Assembly (NCBI RefSeq): GCF_009914755.1
Contig: NC_060926.1
Strand: one strand, 5' to 3'
Length of the DNA: 64,000 nt
Origin: the human T2T-CHM13v2.0 reference genome, Homo sapiens
Below are positions 27,464 through 40,185 of this stretch, one piece after another (position 1 is the stretch's first letter; the number at the start of each line of letters is the position of its first letter). A program made the translations under genes and the position numbers. The notes beneath the pieces are model-generated. The model saw nothing but the letters and a program-made list of their open reading frames with translations, made no database searches and was not told the origin of the DNA.

Positions 27464-28681
27464 CAAGGTGACTTCAAAAAGTTCATAGAAAATGCATATT
27501 ATGAAAAAAAATACATGAATTTCAAAAAATTTTTGTGCCAAAATAAACTCGTAGTGACTTGTTATAACATGCCTGAACAGGATTTGGTTTGAGGCATTAA
27601 GAAGGATAAGATACCAGTTTGAAAAGAGCCCCTATTAGAGCAACATGACTTCTGCTAAAATTGAAGCAAGAACTAACATCAAATTTATTGTGAACCTTTA
27701 GTGGAAGAATGGTGAAATCATGGCGCCTTTATGAAAAGTGTATGAGGACAATTCCCCAAATAAATCAGCAATTTACAAATGAAAAACTAGCTCTAAGAAG
27801 GGAACATGATGATGTTGAAGGTGAATCCCACAGTGGCAGACCATCCACATCAATTTTTGAGGAAAAAAATAAACTTGTTCATGCCCTAATTTAAGAGTAC
27901 TGATGATTAACAGCAGGAACAATAGCCAACATCATAGACATCTTAATTGGTTCAGCTTACACAATTCTGAATGAAAAATTGAGTTGAGCAAACTTTCCAC
28001 TTGATGGGTGCCAAAACCATTGCACCCAGATAAGAGCTGCAGATAAGAGCAAGAGCAGAGATGGAACATGGCTTTACCAGTACAATTCTGAAGACAAAGC
28101 ACAATCAAAGGAATGGCTGCCAAGAGGTGGAAGTGGTTCAATCAAAGCAAAAGCAAATTGGTCAAGAGCAAAGGTCATGGCAACAGTTTTTTGGGGCATT
28201 TTGCTTGTTGACTCTCTAGAGGGCCAAAGAACAATAAGATCTGTTTATTAAAGAGTGTTTTGAGAAAAGGAGCTAGAGCTTTAGCAGAAAAATGCCCAGA
28301 AAAATCTTCACCAAAGAGTCCTTCTCCAGCATGACAATGCTCCTGCTAATTCCTCTCATCAAACAAGAGTTTTCAGGGGGAAATCATTAGATATCCATGT
28401 TCCAGTCGTGATTTGGCTATTTCTGATTACTTTTTGTTTTCTAATCTTAAAAAGTCTCTAAAGGACACTTATTTTCCTTCACTTAATAGTGTAAAGAAAG
28501 ACTTCATTGATGTGGTTAAATTCTCAGAAATGTCAGTTCTTTAGGTATGGACTAAAATGGCTGATATCATCACTTACAAAAGTGTCTTGACCTTGATGGA
28601 GTTTTTTTGAGAAACAAAGTTTATATTTTTAAATTTTATATCTTAATTCCATTTTCTACAAACTTTTTAAAAGTCCCCTTG
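27464..28681 (+). mobile_element. HSMAR2 mariner transposon, near full length, dead transposase
   Basis: Terminal inverted repeats CAAGGTGACTTCAAAAAGTTCATAGAAAATG and CATTTTCTACAAACTTTTTAAAAGTCCCCTTG; TA on the left; ATG at 27645 (MTSAKIEARTNIKF); remnants of SGRPST, WVPK and HDNAP motifs, with stops and frameshifts. Confidence 0.93.
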
Positions 28682-31339
28682 TGATTAAGAAGGTTGAGAA
28701 CCCTGTTACAAATGATCACTCTGAGATTCTTTAAATAATTTCTAGAGATTTTCAAGTGTTTTCTTAAATGTTCTCAAAGACATCCACTCAAAATTAGAAG
28801 TTTCTCTCATGATACTGTCTTTGTAAAATATTTCCATTTTTGCTGGGTTCAACATTTTGGAAGAGAATCAAAGAAACACAGGAAGTATGAAAGGCACTCT
28901 GACTTTATCAAACGAAGATATTTATGGAGAGAAAAATGGGACTTTAATTCAGTATTGAAAGGTCAATCAGCAGGATGTGTTTTATTTGGCTTTCTGTTTA
29001 AACCATGATTTATATCTTTGGGAGGATATAAAGTGCGTATCCCCTGAGTATCCATTTCTTGCTCTTGTTTGACTCTACTTTAACACCGAAAGGAGAATGC
29101 TTCCTTTACTCCCACCCTTGCTGAATGCTGCTCAAGAAGAGTGGGGAACACGGCTTTCTTGTGCCTCTGTACAAGTAGAGCAGAAGAACCTGCCATGGAG
29201 ATCCTGTAGAGGTGGCCCTCTGTGGATAAGTGAATACAGGTTACATTGGCTGCCAACTCTGGCTTCTCTCTTTCTCTGCTGAGCCCCATCTGGGCCTCTG
29301 AAGCTAGATTTGCATTCAGGCAAGGAGGAAGAGACGTGTTCTCCCCTTCCTAGTGTAAACCTCGGTGGTCTCTCTCTGGATCTGTGACAGCCTGGTCTGA
29401 GCCAAGTGGTTGAGTAAATATTCCTTAGTGGAGTTAGTAGGCAATATGGACTCTTCAGTTTATTCAGCATTAAAGATTATAAGGCATACATTTTAATCTT
29501 GCTTTCTGATATTGTGACTAGACAAGAGTAGATTTTTATGTGTGTTTTACAATTTTACAATTCTCCCTTTCTCTGGACCTGAGTGGTAATTTGATTTGCA
29601 TCTGGTATACATAAAATGCTGTTCTTAATGCCAGTATGCTCACTTCTAAGAATACCTTTCTTCCAGTTAACCAAGCTTGTTGGAATGTATATAAAAATAA
29701 GAGTAAATAGACTATAAATGAGGTACCAAGGAACTTTCTCACAAATACAGTGGTTGAGCTTTGACCCGATTTATTCTTATTTTTTAGATGCCTTTTTAGT
29801 TTTCTTCTGGTTCCTTGGTTGTTGCAGTCTGTAGAATGAAGTAATCAGATATGTGAGACATAGTTAAATAAAATATTACTGTGCTTTTGAAAACATAGTT
29901 AAGTCTATTTTCTCAATTGTTGACAAAATCAAGAAAATAACACAGTTTATTAATGTGAAGTCTAAAGGTCAGGTGGCCCAGATTCCATTCCAATTAAGAG
30001 TTATTGGAATAGAATTTGTGGAGTTGAACATGACAATTTCATCCACCTGTATTACCCAACATTGAAATGCAGTTGAAATTGAGTAGATCTCATGGAAGGT
30101 TTTATAGAGGCAAAATGTTTGCCAAAGCTTCTATTCAGAAAAATAATTTTTTGTCATTGAATGGGTTTTATAGTTGTAAAAACATAATAATTTCATATTT
30201 CTGATCTTTGTTCTTTAAGATGTAGGTAGCACATATTCTATAATAAAATAAATTGACTTTTTAACTATGGAAACAGTAATTTCATATATATATTAAAATA
30301 TAGGTAGTATCTTTTCATAATAAAATAAATTGATGCATTTCTACATTTTTATTCAATGTTAAAAACAAATATAAATCTTTAGAACTAATTTCTGTACCAA
30401 AACATTTTTTAATGAAAAGTTGTCAATTGTAATAGTTAACAAAGACAAAATTGCAGGTGTCTTTATGTTCTAGCATATAAGCTTAGGTTGAACATTCTTA
30501 CTGTCATGTCACTGCTCTTCCCTGTAACCTTGATAGATCGCCCCTATAAATATCTCTTGGGGTGAAAAGTAATTTAATCTGCGGATCTGTATATTACTTC
30601 CTCATGAACATCCTATCAATTGTGCCAGAGTGCTTTCATGATATGCACTGAACTGAAACCATCAAACTGATTTCACTGAGGATTGTTAGTTAGACCAGAA
30701 TCTTTGGTCTCAACTCTGTCATTAAATTTTGCTAAAAGGTTGTGCACTTACGCATGGAAAAAAGCTAAGTTTGTGATTTGGTTTCAAAAGATTATCTGCT
30801 TATGGTCTGGGTGACTCTTGGGAACTGTATTATTCATTTGTTTTTATCTTGAGGCTGACCTAATTAGAACCCAGGTTATAGTTCTATACAATAACAGAAC
30901 TCTCATCACTTCCTGAATGATCTTGAAACTTGGAGTTTTGAGAAAATAGCCCATCTTTTAAGCACCAACCTACTGGATAATGATAGAGTGGTCCCTTTTG
31001 GATCAAAAAAGTCTCTGAAGAGGACAATGCCTACATTTGCACAATTTTAGCTGAATACTAGATGGAGGTCTCTCAAGATCCTGACTAGAACTCTACCTGG
31101 CCAGTTCCCTCATGCCTTCTCTCATTCATTGACAGAACCCTTTGTTGAAATTTGTCTACAGCTCTCAGAAGATTTTGATTCATTGGGAGCTGGTCAGAAT
31201 AGGGTATTGTGAAGTATAAATATGAAGAAGCCATCCAAGACAACATCATTAATAAAAAACTAGATTATTTAAATAATTTTCTTGATGCCTTTTTATTAAA
31301 TAGTTCTCAAGAGACAGAGGCTTTTGAGCCTTGCTGGAA

Positions 31340-31500
31340 GAAACACTCTTTTCCACTAACTAGTGTATAACTTGGGGACAGTCACTTAAAACCTCTGACC
31401 TCTGTTTCTGTATTTGTCGAATTAGGTTGATAGTCTCTGCTCTATTTCTAGGGTTGTTAGGATACAATATGATAATAAATACGAAAGTATGCTTCAAAGT
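31340..31500 (+). mobile_element. MIR
   Basis: CCACTAACTAGTGTATAACTTGGGGACAGTCACTTAAAACCTCTGACCTCTGTTTC. Confidence 0.65.
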
Positions 31501-31569
31501 TAAAAGAGCACTCATATATATGAGTACTCTGTCTCAGAGATTCCACTTTGAATATTTTTTCCAATTTTT

Positions 31570-31872
31570 TTCTTTTCTTTCTTTCTTTTTTTTTTTTTTT
31601 TGAGGTGGAGTCTTGCTTTGTTGCCCAGGCTGGAATGCAGTGGCACTGCAGCCTCCACCTCCCAGTTTCAAGCGATTCTCCTGCCTCAGCCTCCTGAGTA
31701 GCTGGGATTACAGGTGCCCACCACCACGCCCAGCTAATTTTTGTGTTTTTAGTAGAGACGGGGTTTTGCTACATTGGTCAGGCTGGCCTCGAACTCCTGA
31801 CCTCAAGTGATCCACCCACCTTGGCCTCCCAAATCCTGCTAGGATTACAGTCGTGAGCCACCTCGCCCAGCC
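31570..31872 (-). mobile_element. AluS with a small internal deletion
   Basis: GCAGTGGC is joined directly to ACTGCAGCC; TSD CCAATTTTT at 31561 and 31873. Confidence 0.93.
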
Positions 31873-32346
31873 CCAATTTTTCATGTAATATATATATTAC
31901 ATTGAGATGGGAATTATGTCTCAGAAAGTAATTTTTATCAGATGGTATGTGGGTTATTTGTTGTATAGGAATTATAGGGGAGAATGAAGTAGTTTGGGTA
32001 GCTACTAAATCTTCACTATGTCTCTATTAAGTGTTCCATTTTTATTTATGTAAGCTGTTGGTAATAATTTGTATAAGTGATGTTATAAATTACTGTGTAT
32101 AACTCTGGCAAATATTTATTTTAAATACAAAATAGCTCAATTTTCCATGATGAAAAGACTAATTAATTCAACCACAAAATATCACTTAATCTTTAAGGGG
32201 AAAACTGGCTAGCTGTAAACCAAAACATTGGTTTTATTGCATAAGTGTCCAACAATAAATTTAGATCTAATATAAATGGCAAAATTGTGGTAATAATTGT
32301 ATTGCCCTCATTCTTAAGCTCTCTGTAAATTTGTCATCTTTCACTA

Positions 32347-32360
32347 CCAGCAGAGGGAGC
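32347..32360 (+). promoter_or_regulatory. CTCF core motif
   Basis: CCAGCAGAGGGAGC, one base from the canonical CCAGCAGAGGGCGC, in unique sequence. Confidence 0.6.
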
Positions 32361-33092
32361 CCTGAGAATTAAATCGTGCCAAAATGGCTTTGCTAATTCT
32401 TATGCGTTTACACATTTAGCTCATAATAAAGAAATAAAACCCCATCACAGATTAATGGAAAGTCATCATGCTTGGATTAGGCTGTAGATAATTTCATTCC
32501 AGCCTACCGATTATAATCAGCTTCAATAGAGGAGGAGTAGCCTGCCTCCACTCTGCCATTAAAGCCTCAGCTGCAAACTTCCACAGCCAACGAAGTTCAG
32601 TAATATAACAATGCACAATCTACCTCATAGAACATCAGAAAGAATACACTCCTCAAACCATAATTTTATCAAATAAACTATAACAGTATTATGAATTGTC
32701 TATTACAGCCACATGAGAATTGGAAAACATACACATTGTGTAATCAGTTTTTCCTAATTTAAACATAATTGTCCATATTTTATAATGTATTTTAATAGAC
32801 AAATAAACTAAAATAATATGAATTAAAAATAAATCATGAAGTTCCAGCATTTATGACTCAACGTAAAGCTTCTTTATAGTATCTTATCAAAAAATGGGTT
32901 TTCCAAACCTCAAGGAAAGAGCCTGTTTACAGAGAGCATATTTTCATTGCTTTATTTCCTTTAAGTAGATACCACAGTGCAATACAATGCATATTTTATG
33001 CACCTGTGACTAAAGAGGCCTATTGAAAATGGAGACTGCAATAAGTGCATTTTGATATTGCATAGCAACTCTCATTTTAACAACGATGCAGT

Positions 33093-33335
33093 TTATATAT
33101 ATATATATATACTTCAAGTTCTAGGGTACCTGCACACAACGTGAAGGTTTCATACATAGATATACACGTGCCATGTTGGTTTGCTGCACCCATCAACTCA
33201 TCATTTACATTAGGTATTTCTCCTAATGCTATCCCTCCCCCAGCCCCCCACCCCCTGACAGGCCCTGGTGTATGATGTTCCCTGCCCTGTGTCCAAGTGA
33301 TCTCATTGTTCAATTCCCACCTATGAGTGAGAACA
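33093..33335 (-). mobile_element. L1PA (PA4-6-like) 3' end
   Basis: AAGTTCTAGGGTAC, GCTGCACCCATCAACTCATCATTTACATTAGG, CAATTCCCACCTATGAGTGAGAACA; TSD AA(C/T)GATGCAGT at 33082 and 33336. Confidence 0.93.
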
Positions 33336-33499
33336 AATGATGCAGTATTTTAATATTGGCATAACTGCTAATCTAATATCAAAAACACCTTTCTCTTGGC
33401 ATCAAGAAATTTACAAGTACATGTCTTTGCCTTCTAAGAGCTTACATAGTATAGTTAGAAATCCAACAATGATTGATTCTCTCCTTCATGATAAGAATT

Positions 33500-33790
33500 T
33501 ACTTCCACAAACATTTATTGCGTACTTATTAGGAGCAAGGTATTGTGCTAAGTGCAGAGGAACAAATGTGAATGACAGCATACCTTCTCATAATCAATAG
33601 ACTAAGGCTGGTAAGTCAGTGACTACGAGGCAAGGTAGTACAGATATAATGAAGGCAACCACTCTGCTGGGCTTTACGATTATTGAAGGCAGGTAACTTG
33701 TCTGATCTTTGTAACTCCAGAACACTCTGACACCTAGCACAGTGTTTTGCATATAGTTAGTGTGCAATAAGTATATACTGAATTAATTAA
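33500..33790. mobile_element. Two L2 3' fragments in opposite orientations
   Basis: AAACATTTATTGCGTAC...TGTGCTAAGTG (minus); CCTAGCACAGTG...CATATAG...CAATAAG...GAATTAAT (plus). Confidence 0.55.
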
Positions 33791-34079
33791 CAACATGTGA
33801 GATACATTAGTAAAACATCTTCTTGGTAATTAAGTGACTTTCATGTTTCCTACTGCTTCCTCTTCCCATCACTCCAGTTCTCTTTTCCCTAGTTCTCACA
33901 ACTTGTGGGATAGCCGTGCTTTCCTTTTCTACAACATAGCAGCTGAGCAACGTAATAATTGATGCTTGATGATTTTCTATTCCCTGGATAGAACAGCTAT
34001 TCTCTATGCTGTTAAGGCTTGAAATTCATGAGATGGATGTAATAAAACAACAAAAAGTACACAACAAAATAGTAGTGAC

Positions 34080-34280
34080 AGGCATTCTGCTAGGCACCAT
34101 ACATTCATTATCTAATTTGATTCTTAAAATAACTCTCATTATTTCTATTTTCAGTACAGAGATCTTGCACAGAAAAGTAGCTTGCTTCAGGTCACAGGGC
34201 TGGTAAGTAGTAGAGCTCAAATTTGAATCCAGAACTCTTTGACATCCGACTTCCTGTTCTGAATGACTGCACTATATGGT
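34080..34280 (-). mobile_element. MIR
   Basis: AGGCATTCTGCTAGGCAC, AGGTCACAGGGCTGGTAAGTAGTAGAGC, ATTTGAATCCAG. Confidence 0.65.
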
Positions 34281-35349
34281 CTCTTTATTTAGGTTGCTTA
34301 GGGGCAAGTTGAATTAGTAATGGAAACATTTTCCTGGAAGAGATGGTCTACTTCATCTGAAAATACTATGAATAAAAAATTTTAATGCATAAGATACACT
34401 TAAGGTTTTAGAATTATTTTATGAATACAGAAAAATAGTTTACAGAAGTACAAAAGAATCAACAACAGATAATGCTTTTTAGCAACGTATTTCTTTTAAA
34501 AATAAGAAACTAAGAAGTTTGATTTCTTTAATAACCAGAACACCTTAAAATGTATTTTCAGATGCTCAGCAGACCCCAAAAGACTCCCCCAGTCCTGGAC
34601 TGCAGTGCAGTCTGCTGTGGAATGCTTGGCAGCTTTGTTTTCCCGACTAGACTCATTAGCAGCGCCAGGTGGTAATAACTATCCAACTGATTTGTAGTAG
34701 TAAAAAAATCTGCCTGAGGTCACCATGGACTCTTTCCCCCATTCTTTGCTTCATCTCTGACCTGATACGCTTTTGCAAAATAATTATGCATGGCAGGAAG
34801 TTGCCATACAACAGAGAAGGATTGTTGTGTCCTGGGATTATATGGGATCTCAGATCAAATAGGTTTTGTTGTGTGAAGAATAAATTGGAAAACATGGTTT
34901 TCCCAAGCATAGCACAGTAAAATTTATTTCTTGCCTTTTCTTCTTTCCTGTTTATTTCACCATTAAAGACCCAGTAAAGAAAATTATTCACCAATTTGGG
35001 GAATGTTATCATTAGTGTTTAGCATCAGCACAATTATGTAGATTCAAGAAACAAAAATAGCTCCAGGGTCTGTCCAAGTTAACTCAAATAAAAGAGTGGA
35101 TATTTTAAAATTGACTTTTTTTTTGACACGTTATACATTGTTGTTCATCAGGTAAAAATATAAAGTAGTGCACGAAAGCAATAAGCACTTAACCATTCTT
35201 TATCTAGGAGGAATCTTCAGTTAGCTAAATTTTGTTCATGCTTTTTTTTTCATTAAATAGAGAAACATAAGGGTAAATAATTGTGAGGCTATGTTTTAAA
35301 AAGTAACTTTCCACTATCTTCCAAAGAAAATATAGTCAAACTCCTAAAT

Positions 35350-35985
<636 letters not shown>

Positions 35986-36164
35986 AGGGTTTTACTTTGT
36001 GACATCATTGCTTCTCGAGAACCAACTGACCACGAACAGCAACAAGGTCTTCAATCAGAATTAAAACTCAATTCAAAACACTTTCGAAGAGCATTTGGAG
36101 ATACATATTAAGAGACTGCAGTGTCTAAACTTTTAGAAGTAAAAATTCCATTTCTAGTCCTATG

Positions 36165-36720
36165 TCCTACAAATTCCATTTCTAGGTATATACCCAAGAA
36201 AAATGAAAATGTATGTCCACATAGAAACTTCTGCAAAAATGTTTCTACTAGCATTATTCATAATAGTAATGTGTGGAAACAACCCAAATGTCCATCAACA
36301 GACAAATGGATAAACAAAATGTAGTATATATCCCTACAGTGGAATATTATTTGCCTATAAAAGGGAATGAAGTATTGAAGGCTACAACGTGGATGAGCCT
36401 TGGAAACATTATACTAAGTGAAAGAAGTTAGTTACATAAGACCACATATTACATGATTCTATTAATATAAAACATCCACAACAGGGAAATCTATGGAGAC
36501 AGAATGCAGACTATTGGTAGGGGTGGTGGGAAGGGGAGAAAAGGGTAGGGAAGTGATAGCTAAAGAGTACTGGGTTTCTTTTGGAGATAATAAAAATGTT
36601 TCAAAATTGACTTTGGTGATGGTTTCATGTATCTGTGAATACACAAAAAACACATATAATTATACTGTAAAAATGGGTGAATTATGTGGTGAGTGAATAA
36701 TACTCAACAAATCTCTTCAA
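36165..36720 (+). mobile_element. L1MB-type 3' end within older L1ME sequence
   Basis: CTAGGTATATACCCAAGA, GGAAACAACCCAAATGTCCATCAACAGACAAATGGATAAACAAAATG. Confidence 0.85.
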
Positions 36721-36953
36721 AAATAATTACATTTATGGGAAATCAAAGTTGAGAAAATGATCCAAAATAAACCAGAAAACTCCTTTCGTGCACAGTGTTG
36801 CACAATGCTGCCTTATGTATAATAGTGAAAAATTAAAAACAACCCAAACGACCAAATAGGTGTGTGGCTAAATAATGTATGGTATAGCCTCATCATGGAA
36901 TGCAGATATTAAAATGCTTCATGTAGGCAAAGTCTTATAAAAAGTTGTAGTAA

Positions 36954-38274
36954 TGTGTATGGAATTGGTGGGTTCTTGGTCTCACTGACTTAAAGAATGA
37001 AGCTACGGACCCTTGCGGTGAGTGTTACAGTTCTTAAAGATAGTGTGTCCGGAGTTTCTTCCTTCTGGTGGGTTCGTGGTCTTGGTGGCTTCAGGAGTGA
37101 AGGTGCAGACCTTCGTGGTATTACAGCTCATAAAGCCAGTGCAGATCCAAAGAGTGAGCAGCAGCAAGATTTATTGCAAAGAGCAAAAGAACCAAGCTTC
37201 CACAGTGTGGAAAGGGACCCCACCAGGTCGTTGCTGGAGCGCTGACAGCCTGCTTTTATTGCCTTATCTGACCCCACCCACATCCTGCTGATTGGTCCAT
37301 TTTACAGAGAGCTGATTGGTCCGTTTTGACAGGGTGCTGATTGGCGCATTTACAAACCTTTAGCTAGACACAAAAGTTCTCCAAGTCCCCACTAGATGAG
37401 CTAGACACAGAGCACTGATTGGTGCATTTACAAATCTTGAGCTAGACAGAGTGCTGACTGGTGCATATACAATCCTCTGGCTAGACAGAAAAGTTCTCCA
37501 AGTCCCCACCAGATTAGCTAGATACAGAGTGCTGATTGGCGAATCCACAAACCCGGAGCTAGACACAGAGTGCTGATTGGCTCATACACAACCCTCCAGC
37601 TAGACACAAAAGTTCTCCAAGTCCCCACCCGACTCAGGAGCTCAGCTGGCTTCGCCTAGTGGATCCCGCGCTGGGGCGGCAGGCGAGCTGCCCGCCAGTC
37701 CCGCTCCGCGCACCCGCACTCCTCAGCCCTTGGGCGGTCGATGGGACCGGGTGCTGCAGAGGAGGGGGCGGCGCCCGTAGGGGAGGCTCGGGCTCGGGCG
37801 GCGCGGGAGCCCATGGGGGGCGGGGCTTGGGCATGGCGGGCTGCAGGTCCCCAGCCCTGCCCCGCGGGGAGGCGGCTGAGGCCCCGCGAGAATTCGAGCG
37901 CAGCGCGGGCGGGCCGGTAGTGCTGGGTATCCCAGCCCACCCTCCGCAGCTGCTGGCCCGAGTGCTAAGACTCTCACAGCCCGGGGCTGGCGGCGCCAGC
38001 CCGCCGCTTCGAGTGCGGATCCTGCCCAGCCCGCACCCACCCGGAACTCGCGCTGGCGCGCGAGCGCGGCGCGCAGCTTGGGTTCCTGCCGGCGCCTCTC
38101 CCTCCACACCTCACCTCAAACAGAGGGAGCCGGCTCCGGTCTCGGCCAGCCCAGAGAGGGCCTCCCATAGTGCAGCGGCGGGCTGAAGGTCTCCTCAAGC
38201 GCTGCCAGAGTGGGCGTCGAGGCTGAGGAGACACCGAGAGCGAGTGAGGGCTGCCAGCATGCTGTCACCTCTCA
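36954..38274 (-). mobile_element. LTR12-family (ERV9) solo LTR, LTR12D/E-like, about 1.32 kb
   Basis: Minus strand begins TGAGAGGTGACAGCATGCTGGCAG and ends GAACCCACCAATTCCATACACA; GC-rich U3; tandem GCTAGACACAGAGTGCTGATTGG units; perfect 4-bp TSD GTAA (36950-36953 and 38275-38278). Confidence 0.96.
37255..37580 (-). promoter_or_regulatory. LTR12 promoter: six CCAAT (NF-Y) boxes and an AATAAA TATA-like box
   Basis: ATTGG on the + strand at 37291, 37315, 37340, 37418, 37535 and 37576; TTTATT at 37255-37260. Confidence 0.7.
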
Positions 38275-39869
38275 GTAATTTGAGAAAATTTCTGTTTTCT
38301 ATGGGTAAGTGAAACAAAAAAGCTGTGATATTTATTATTTGCATACTACCATAACTGTAAAAAAAGTCTAGAAAAAAAATTAGAAGGAAATACTGACCCC
38401 AAAATAATAATGTTTGTGTTGTGTGCTATGTGAAAAATTTTCATCTTTACATGTCTTTATTTTCCATGTCTTCTATAATTAAGCTTTTTTTCATAAAATA
38501 CATTTTGTTTAAAAATCCATATATAGGCTATTTTTTTAAAAGTCAATGTTTACAGTTATATTGCCAAGAAGGGAGAGTAGACTAATATATTTTTTATAAA
38601 ATTCAAAATCAGAGTTGGAACAAGGCTAGAATTTGTTTGAAATCTTCAACAAAGCTTGACTTAACCAAAACATTGTTAGTATTCCATCCATTAATTTAGC
38701 ACCACTGTCCTTAGTACAAGAACATGAAGACAATTCAACAAACTGAGGTGATAATGAAATTACCTGAAAGAAGGCATTGCATGTTATTTTACTCTGTTGA
38801 GACCAAGTCCAAATTCCAGCATTTTCAGCTTCTCTGAAATTTTCTTTTCTTCCTGTACCTAAAGTCTAGAAAGAAGAAAGTTCCTTACTCCCGTATGTGC
38901 ACCTTTCTAACTCTGCTCTCTTTCTGCTGCTGATTTTTGATATATTTACAAACATGTTCAAATCTCTCCTCTTTACTATGGAAAACTTTCCTTGCCCCTG
39001 CTACTCTGTTGCCACTTCAGGTTCTCATCTCTTTTCTTCTCCTCATTTTCCAAGACCTCCATGTTCTTACCCCCTTGGAAATCCCGATGATATTGCTACG
39101 GACCCTCGTAAAATGGCGTTCCAGAATATTTCTTCTTATCTGCTTTCACCAAACCCAGTGCAGTAGGATTCTAGATGACTAGCGTTCTCCCTCCTTCAGG
39201 CAGTTGCCTCTGCCCTCAGTTACTCAGTTGCCTACTAACTTTTTACCCAACTTTCAGGCCCAACTGGTAACCACTTGTTGCTAGAGCTTTTTCAGATTCT
39301 GGCTGGCAAAAATGCTCTGACTCTGTGATACGTGAGTGAAGGGCATGGATGGGTCTTCTTCACCTTGTTCCTACTTAGTGGAATGTTTTTCAAAGACTAG
39401 CTAATGTTCCAGTGCCCACAGTATTGGAGGGGCTGACAAGACAAAGGGATGTTGACCTTTTTCATCTGCTTCTGGGGGTGTTGAAGAATTTCTCACGTCA
39501 TTTGAGAATCTTATTCTTGAAATCGAATTTTAGAGTCGGAAAGAGCAGGTCTAAACTTCTCATTTATCCGTGATGAAACCAAGGGCCAGTGGCACAGAGG
39601 CCAGTGAGAGAGTTGGTTATTCTGGTTCAAGAGAACCAGAACTAAAATTTAGGCCATCTGGCTCCAAAGACAAGTTACTTTTCCCTGCTTATCTTGTGCT
39701 TCCGTTGCCTAAAAGTTGCAGATTTTTTTGTGTCCTTTTGTATCTTTCACCCTAATAGCAATAAAAGCAATTTACTGTGGACACTACTGCCCTCCCTGGT
39801 CTGTGCACTCAGAATTTCCCTTTGAAAATCACTTCATTGGATATTCCATTGAATATTTCATGTGTACAG

Positions 39870-39979
39870 ATACATTGACTAGCTGTTTTGGTTTGTCTGG
39901 AACTGAGAGTTTTCCTAGGACTTATGTTGCTAAATGAAACTTAAGAGTCTCAGACAAACCAGGACTTTTGGTCACCCTG
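39870..39979. mobile_element. MER94-like hAT MITE
   Basis: GGTTTGTCTGGAACTGAG...CTCAGACAAACCAGGAC...TGGTCACCCTG with internal palindromy. Confidence 0.6.
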
Positions 39980-39984
39980 GTATC

Positions 39985-40185
39985 GGGGATGCTACTAAGG
40001 ACTTTAATATATTTTATATGATTCACATGACAGCCCTGTGAAGAAGTATTCCCATTCCCATTTTACAAGTAAGGAAAACTGAGGCTCAAAGAGGTTAAAT
40101 TATTTGTCCAAGGACATGTGCCTTCTAAGTGGCAGAGTCAAGATTAAGCCCTAGATGTGTTTAAGCTCATAATCTTTCCACTACA
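39985..40185 (-). mobile_element. MIR
   Basis: CCCATTTTACAAGTAAGGAAAACTGAGGCTCAAAGAGGTTAAATTATTTGTCCAAGG. Confidence 0.8.

Noticed and set aside
27645-28620. Functional or domesticated mariner transposase
   Set aside because: Multiple stops, frameshifts and an internal deletion; the longest transposase-frame ORF in the track is 61 aa.
29200-29220. CTCF-like CCTGTAGAGGTGGC
   Set aside because: Spacing and key positions deviate from the core motif; too weak to call.
37330-37632. Regularly spaced repeats (GCTAGACACAAAAGTTCTCCAAGTCCCCAC three times) that look CRISPR-like
   Set aside because: These are the known ERV9/LTR12 enhancer repeat units; the intervening sequences are themselves repeats, the DNA is eukaryotic and there are no cas genes.
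37634-38234. Overlapping GC-rich ORFs and CpG island suggesting the first exon of a gene
   Set aside because: Entirely inside the LTR12 U3; stop codons are simply rare at this GC content.
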